A stretch of DNA of 59,700 nt from Alistipes finegoldii (GTDB lineage: Bacteria > Bacillota > Clostridia > Christensenellales > UBA1242), in NCBI GenBank assembly GCA_963614045.1, contig CAVEBU010000004.1, positions 1-59,700 on the forward strand. The letters run 5' to 3'. The notes beneath the pieces are model-generated. The model searched no databases, was not told the origin of the DNA, and saw only the letters and a list, made by a program, of their open reading frames with translations. The position numbers were made by a program, and so were the translations under genes. Of this stretch, positions 58,701 through 59,700 are shown in pieces (positions within the stretch are counted from its first letter, which is position 1; each line of letters begins with the position of its first letter).

Positions 58701-59384
58701 GCTAAAATCACTGTTGGTAATGTATTCGTTAATCTCTTGCTTGTTAGGGTCGTATGCCGTCGCACAAACTTTCACCTTAAACATAGTCACGTCAGGGTGG
58801 CTTGCGACGTAATTAGACAAGTCAAATTCAGTCGAAGTCGAATAAACCGTTTCTGTAGGCGTGTTTGTCGCCTCGATTAACAGCATATAACTTTTTGCCT
58901 CAGTAACCTGCTTCCAACTAAACACCTTTTCGCTAATCATAACATCGCTTGGCGTGTCAAGTTTAAGCGTTTTCGCCTTGTAGACAGGCTTAGATTCTAG
59001 CGAGTGAAACACTGGCAAACTGTGTATAGCACGAACAGTAAAGGAGTGCTTCCCGACCGTCGCATACTTATGTAAATCGATATAATTCGTCTGCGTGGAC
59101 TCAGTACTTTTGCCGTCAATAATGACGTTATAGCTTATTGCACCGCTCACCGAATCCCACCTTAGAACCCAGTCATCACTTATTGCCAAATTATTCGGCG
59201 CACTCAACCGCTCAGTACGGTTAATTTCGTCCAAACCGCCACTGTTTTTGTTATTTACAATTGCCAAAACGCCACCAACGGCGACCCCGACAAATACCAA
59301 AACTGCGACTATTATTCCTGCAATCTTTTTTGCATTTAACATACTTTTACCCCAATTTTTAAGTGACAATAAATCTTTCCTCAA
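46731..59384 (-). CDS. giant (4217 aa) N-terminally anchored surface protein of tandem FN3/Ig-like modules
   Basis: Single uninterrupted 12,654-nt ORF. TM/signal-anchor IAGIIVAVLVFVGVAVGGVLAIV lies near the N-terminus. Recurrent ~100-130-aa modules carry the W..V..A..Y.(I/V) signature (e.g. LRWDSVSGAISYNVIIDG, FSWKQVTEAKSYMLLIE, ARWTAVPTARAYGIWVNG, LQWNSVFGADGYTIAVTF). No LPXTG or other C-terminal anchor. The start is TTG 59384 or, better on RBS spacing, ATG 59342. Confidence 0.8.
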   Translation of the reverse strand: MRKDLLSLKNWGKSMLNAKKIAGIIVAVLVFVGVAVGGVLAIVNNKNSGGLDEINRTERLSAPNNLAISDDWVLRWDSVSGAISYNVIIDGKSTESTQTNYIDLHKYATVGKHSFTVRAIHSLPVFHSLESKPVYKAKTLKLDTPSDVMISEKVFSWKQVTEAKSYMLLIEATNTPTETVYSTSTEFDLSNYVASHPDVTMFKVKVCATAYDPNKQEINEYITNSDFSECKTYSKASEIVAPTLSANFAENPKTLLSDVRQITWNVDQYINEYVIYLDGSAVRTISKTEIGGQQNFTFTLNDIASRNVLGGHTVYVVGVAIAMEGMDSNKFASNVISYSITQKLSTISADSIKVSMVGTMLNVDWAEIPLASDYLIVLQGREGTTGQFVTFATIDNNVGNRYTRALDNDFAYDFVRVQIKACARAEHEFVTDGDFSEWSEEGSVKTTLESVANLSVNSDEENLTANWVLDGINVGLDDYIDGYSCVIYQATAEGKESAFAFGVTVSGANSTSVNLTEALKRNNKATGWYAISVVTIPKTNYSKFFNSSEKTESVFFLYKERIDSPTGLKCVRANLNDGTSTIKFSFYGTVGATGYRLTITGEDLDATTLNFSQPNLYQAGQLIEDTTQIQALLGKVTQPKAYNFKLIALAPTGENVQVIDSNAVEYKYIDILKHSAVDVNSIEFVKLDDGNSVEARWTAVPTARAYGIWVNGTSWTANENKLNITNSLTLGKNTFKINCLAMTDEYEASEFVATTYEYTYTITSADDVEISYELISGETNKIKVSIPQFDSRVTDFAIQFGDKTPQNMTVSDGVVYYLANMTDDLPLYSTTNITIYAGASVVDEKLVTQEFITQYKAVTDEITNDFCITAPTITAKGDVLTFEFDSKSLKFTQKVEYKISKAGRTLKSGTITHSELYDDETGESDLTDGKLVYSLTKLINGDESTTLDAGEYTIWAKIYAISGAEANSQIDYQFIIDLDDVDVESFRHADDETYLQWNSVFGADGYTIAVTFNGVAVQDVSLNFDEYVDGSTAVIRLNTINLFSKYGLGTYKFSVQATNSDSHITDANAVTHTWVLTLATPTFEVVKYGGTDTTLVNKVVAKILKNSLADKYILTLNGGKAEEILKTSNSDIFQYVALDITQAGKFVVTLKAVRLNDNVVVSESGEAICEYINIVTADKPANVSAKQDLETDTITLTCDSVTATIQNGRNESDVKLSVEASISNLRGEFYSVDGSVAWFELAGDGTTLSTQLSEEVKSWMREQTDSVYRVYFRTKAYSESSIYADGELIVASSETSASLPYQKQLAKPSFKISGGTVVSAKTSVTLKVTNTNLGENAKRIDIGFYQNGSLIRQADAVTVSDGEAKITADMLKNVRGTYEVRIRASNNGTYVASLWSDDSATITCATSVDNVKNIQYSRVYSEAQKSISVAFDPISDENASVIKYSAVLSFEYNGTTYKFNMEGASTTSASRQICTLNYASVTENKGILQAVLGESPQSNLVLTFVITAQPQDATNLCLASETTYVYTIGQVASPQNFIFEKSTGNQVNVKWTGDSTYDSSDYETTYSYTVTIQNADSTSSQTTDGTTKNANATITLPDDYDKQAYLVHFEITGVKVTLNGTEQASFTGRAGDYYIYSLNTTGATLVVDYEDGKYIGKITHQNNNSNLFGGQTYEVSIAGSVVASASSNPQFTIDADDIKRLIVANKGQNAKYTIAISDAVCTIDGKTLVAYKGLTSNGNVTLPLVITSSPTAVTIDETNNQATVTNIPYVTDYEWRIVKKGGSESVLEGTADSINTEAVSTNFTVNFSSLSAGEYTIFVKASTNSTKKIYADGASECKLDFVHTVKMDSIAVNTTKISTTGNKTGDFATTLTWNYAQNLAKNRFAINFVSIATGKSVLVDMGKVGENQFTATEKQTLLSTYYAYSLTFAGLDLISGTSLGYDPTRELSAGEYKVTIQILGVDEEHYSASDVVEFGSTYKNMFGVIKVTASAFVVAPECFFGSNNIKDGEIVFGENEQDKAQYLQAYEQLYDFNRKQLIITEAGAQQNRATSFMVKINGQDFGVISKTNGIASVDFENIKNATQFNISRFVTAGANTISLMPYTNDEMLDYYYYVAENGDYYRLDNLTAQSALTVTFDLELYQKFATPSDPRVELGYSDKANHNINKINVTFGNASSDKKYSVDVMYYDYYETATTKTATKFGTFANLSTDETEANLGIAMYDLISTIGPHEVWFVIRQTASDGADNTDYYLSSNSVETASFVFTTAMPEFASSGGAGTCVVTEITSANMDKNTAYKINGSLMWTLPTNAYDMTAQYSVLLKDTQGKEVTKTVRLKLEIVDGKTVYSLTQNDDNLFMLVTSDGCMYFDMTKFFFDTTTRASESYYLAGEYYYQITATALDKDGNVAKDRIFDPANKNYGNKFIYKDIKFPVAPYDAKINTNGILSWQYDDALGYKYTTQTTQPTFRVVIKTYKASDKSLLNVITLDPTTARQIDLTKYLVAGGEDRNEVSVSRVLKSEYYLDSEPALAEFVGFDKFKQMPEISASWTAKSELDYSITANEDILGKVATELLANDSNAKFTISLLRVSKDTAITLDENANFDTILGSDIDSVSIVLSGIEVDLNNLDSLKFSYDLISAIKSLGKSSEWLSGENFIAGEYFVKVEFSATAHQYFKPSVAYVTHEVKNVWEVVDEAKTSLYGEYLTTKSQDTTTVTVNGQDDRNWANAKHKEAILSFNVYAIRDFNGTLHMPKKVMVSVKLRDGTSYVTDRIYEFTYSLPSLADLLTSSKNYIQSEDGNCWIYRLDGVEDYYNVRIDIHDFFDGLNYAGVYALEYMICEDENGASSDTLYLNSDICHYVALPTPILDYRLGITQVDSGYAFVLNWALTPNQYTHIVDTELAYKINIFAFKQNASGTYSCDNAYASASDKQFFLQNETALRNQTSSYGFVMGNLLRNGEVNSLDGRACYIDENGSFGLDVNGKYKFFIYLTPQSLTENDPNISYYLSSETSIPQEYLYKTISAQHYGTEVHLLNGCDYVTEDEEDFENKQVYEITSLQDTNNYNNGFELFVYNTLDANAGSNNMWTVEQEENGTYLAHYIITTLDNASAKGKKLPLYVVDNSQYTVGKNQPLEYLRNADGTLRQIGELENSSIRIYGFTLSELLNYNANIPVTYYCKIKSWINNNDLNANAFVSADGLLEDVELYGEKWVRTYLTQDNAEVEAYVEALKEQGVVQNIALADFNCLNPSYYFTFKHTVRFKQPSIEKIEIYNNDGASDLYSENGNCVIDYTNSNSGVISGYITANSNGEYTYKFYLNSVSSTNEAICKNKYIRLGVSTFEYSNFANGIIDYTDLSKLSQEQSVILPIQNDGDKSYVILNKYCTATNAVALYNWLDSQLPNKVYFTVTAVMDEATASETTTGELDYSNPSYNFATSEASEQVSLGIRKQYSAPKVTFMFDNAESDQLISADSTQRTSNNTITNVLGSGNYSGMALNPYLYVSGSTYREINAQGSGDANFGFEYVGLTNRQDTNYVVEFTYNGTTVSCEFATKDINTIMREFAKAVNSNATRYDYDKGGDVYPYEVACLYQTLYKLVNGTSSDYHGGVVSAKVKVVAPVDTDSAGYWVSSDYGAETDLAFYVRLETVETSFNASEATLEENSQYFARLYADCGYYYYYQNYIPFRFNTISKTVEYRVVLTRKNENSTGNFVYSYDTVGSVCAQNPSAAGWHIVNLAEILKNDQYGTNLSNSDLNQWLLGSVWNISIYANADETLLESKVTRGFNSFTRTYSPKLKIFNDISAIKINMDVDKTARTVGAFKKSNIAITSQAPTDYNSAVSSAEFTYNLGKGNVTKTFNVKQNEGKTCYPDVIYDFINTVFINSSVIGGKYTYSVRLLNDLENAEASSVRDGFVFEYYKQIGATDITASATQSSQSNSYLTIKASIGNNLTISKMNVALAQRLVENTSTSTLSSRQSMTQSSSGSNYVFNYNWNFNKSYADCFLTGSAGDAIDGKVTQLTTLGCVTSNNKGYIQAGYNTFYIYPVQESIGSGYNLLAPGTYVETKAKFIVPSSYAPTISLSSDSETEGGVLKAGETYTKGTRVYAKTYYTAKYVYVTNLSATFTNADGYLLNANWKYGWKKNSSETTCTKKVFTSSDSTSSISTATSITLAGDSNYANYNVTLYVRSGFEACFRTPKVTKTLSVDLSSKHTERTYAGDKFIGYTSTS

Positions 59385-59533
59385 ACCCCTTAAAATTCCG
59401 CAAAGTATCTTAAAGTTGCTCGCCCGAATTCAAAACCGAATCGCCCGCAACCAAAGGACTTTGGGCTGTGTTTGGGATAAGAAATCTCCGCCCGAATTAC
59501 CGCCAAATTTATCTCAATTTATTATCCACAATA

Positions 59534-59562
59534 ATTATACAAAAATACAAAAAATAGGTCAA
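59534..59562 (-). promoter_or_regulatory. sigma-A type promoter of the giant gene
   Basis: Minus strand: TTGACC (59557-59562), 17-nt spacer, TATAAT (59534-59539). Predicts a 5' UTR of roughly 140-185 nt. Confidence 0.55.
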
Positions 59563-59581
59563 ATAAATTGACCTACTTTTT
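59555..59581. terminator. bidirectional hairpin terminator overlapping the -35 of the giant-gene promoter
   Basis: TAGGTCAA-ATAAA-TTGACCTA, with CTTTTT on the plus strand and a T-rich run on the minus strand. Confidence 0.5.
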
Positions 59582-59629
59582 GAAAAAACTCTGTTTTTTG
59601 TGGAGGTGGTAAGAGGAAAATGTCATTTT

Positions 59630-59700
59630 CTTCGTCATCCTGAGCGCAGATTTTTCGGTGTAGAAACAAGCAAGACGAGGAGCATGCCGAAAATTGTTTT
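59630..59700. repeat. second intergenic repeat family, copy B (runs to the window edge)
   Basis: CTTCGTCATCCTGAGCGCAG (59630-59649) and AACAAGCAAGACGA (59665-59678) match 22046-22125. Has an internal stem ATTTTTCGG/CCGAAAAT. Confidence 0.5.

Noticed and set aside
46731-59384. Many 60-140-aa antisense/alternate-frame track ORFs inside the giant gene, and a diversity-generating retroelement target in its C-terminus
   Set aside because: The nested ORFs have no RBS and are expected by chance opposite a 12.6-kb ORF. No reverse transcriptase, template repeat or adenine-specific repeat pair was seen anywhere in the window.

Overview
AT-rich, gene-dense chromosomal segment from a Bacillota (Firmicutes)-type bacterium, probably an endospore former (SpoIVB peptidase, SpoVB/MurJ-type flippase, DUF421/DUF4363 pair, AddAB, long-form HPF, lepA-hemW). 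The left edge holds the 5' ~780 nt of a 16S rRNA gene (minus strand) with a consensus sigma-A promoter. About 45 protein genes follow, most on the minus strand and co-oriented with the rRNA gene. Recognisable housekeeping genes are ung, a U32-peptidase/O-methyltransferase/RNase J operon, hemW, lepA, a GDPD-family esterase, spoIVB, argR, ddl, hpf, addB-addA and one tRNA-Arg(ACG). No CRISPR array, transposase, integrase or phage structural gene was recognised. Seven things stand out. (1) tRNA-Arg(ACG) is followed by two identical 233-bp tandem units, each ending in a diverged copy of the tRNA 3' half (break inside the anticodon) and bounded by an inverted copy of the anticodon arm. (2) A ~90-nt GC-rich four-way-junction repeat occurs three times in intergenic DNA, with compensatory stem substitutions and flipped hairpin loops. 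(3) A 12,654-nt ORF encodes a 4217-aa N-terminally anchored surface protein built of tandem FN3/Ig-like modules. (4) An acidic protein carries a 12-Cys/14-Asp-Glu cluster encoded partly by an in-frame hexanucleotide microsatellite. (5) An 874-aa membrane-anchored coiled-coil protein lies in a gene string with LemA and LysM proteins. (6) An 11-bp x4 tandem repeat plus a 17-bp palindrome sit upstream of addB. (7) A metallophosphoesterase-fold protein has most metal ligands substituted and appears to be on a leaderless mRNA. All function calls rest on motif recognition by eye; none was verified by database search.
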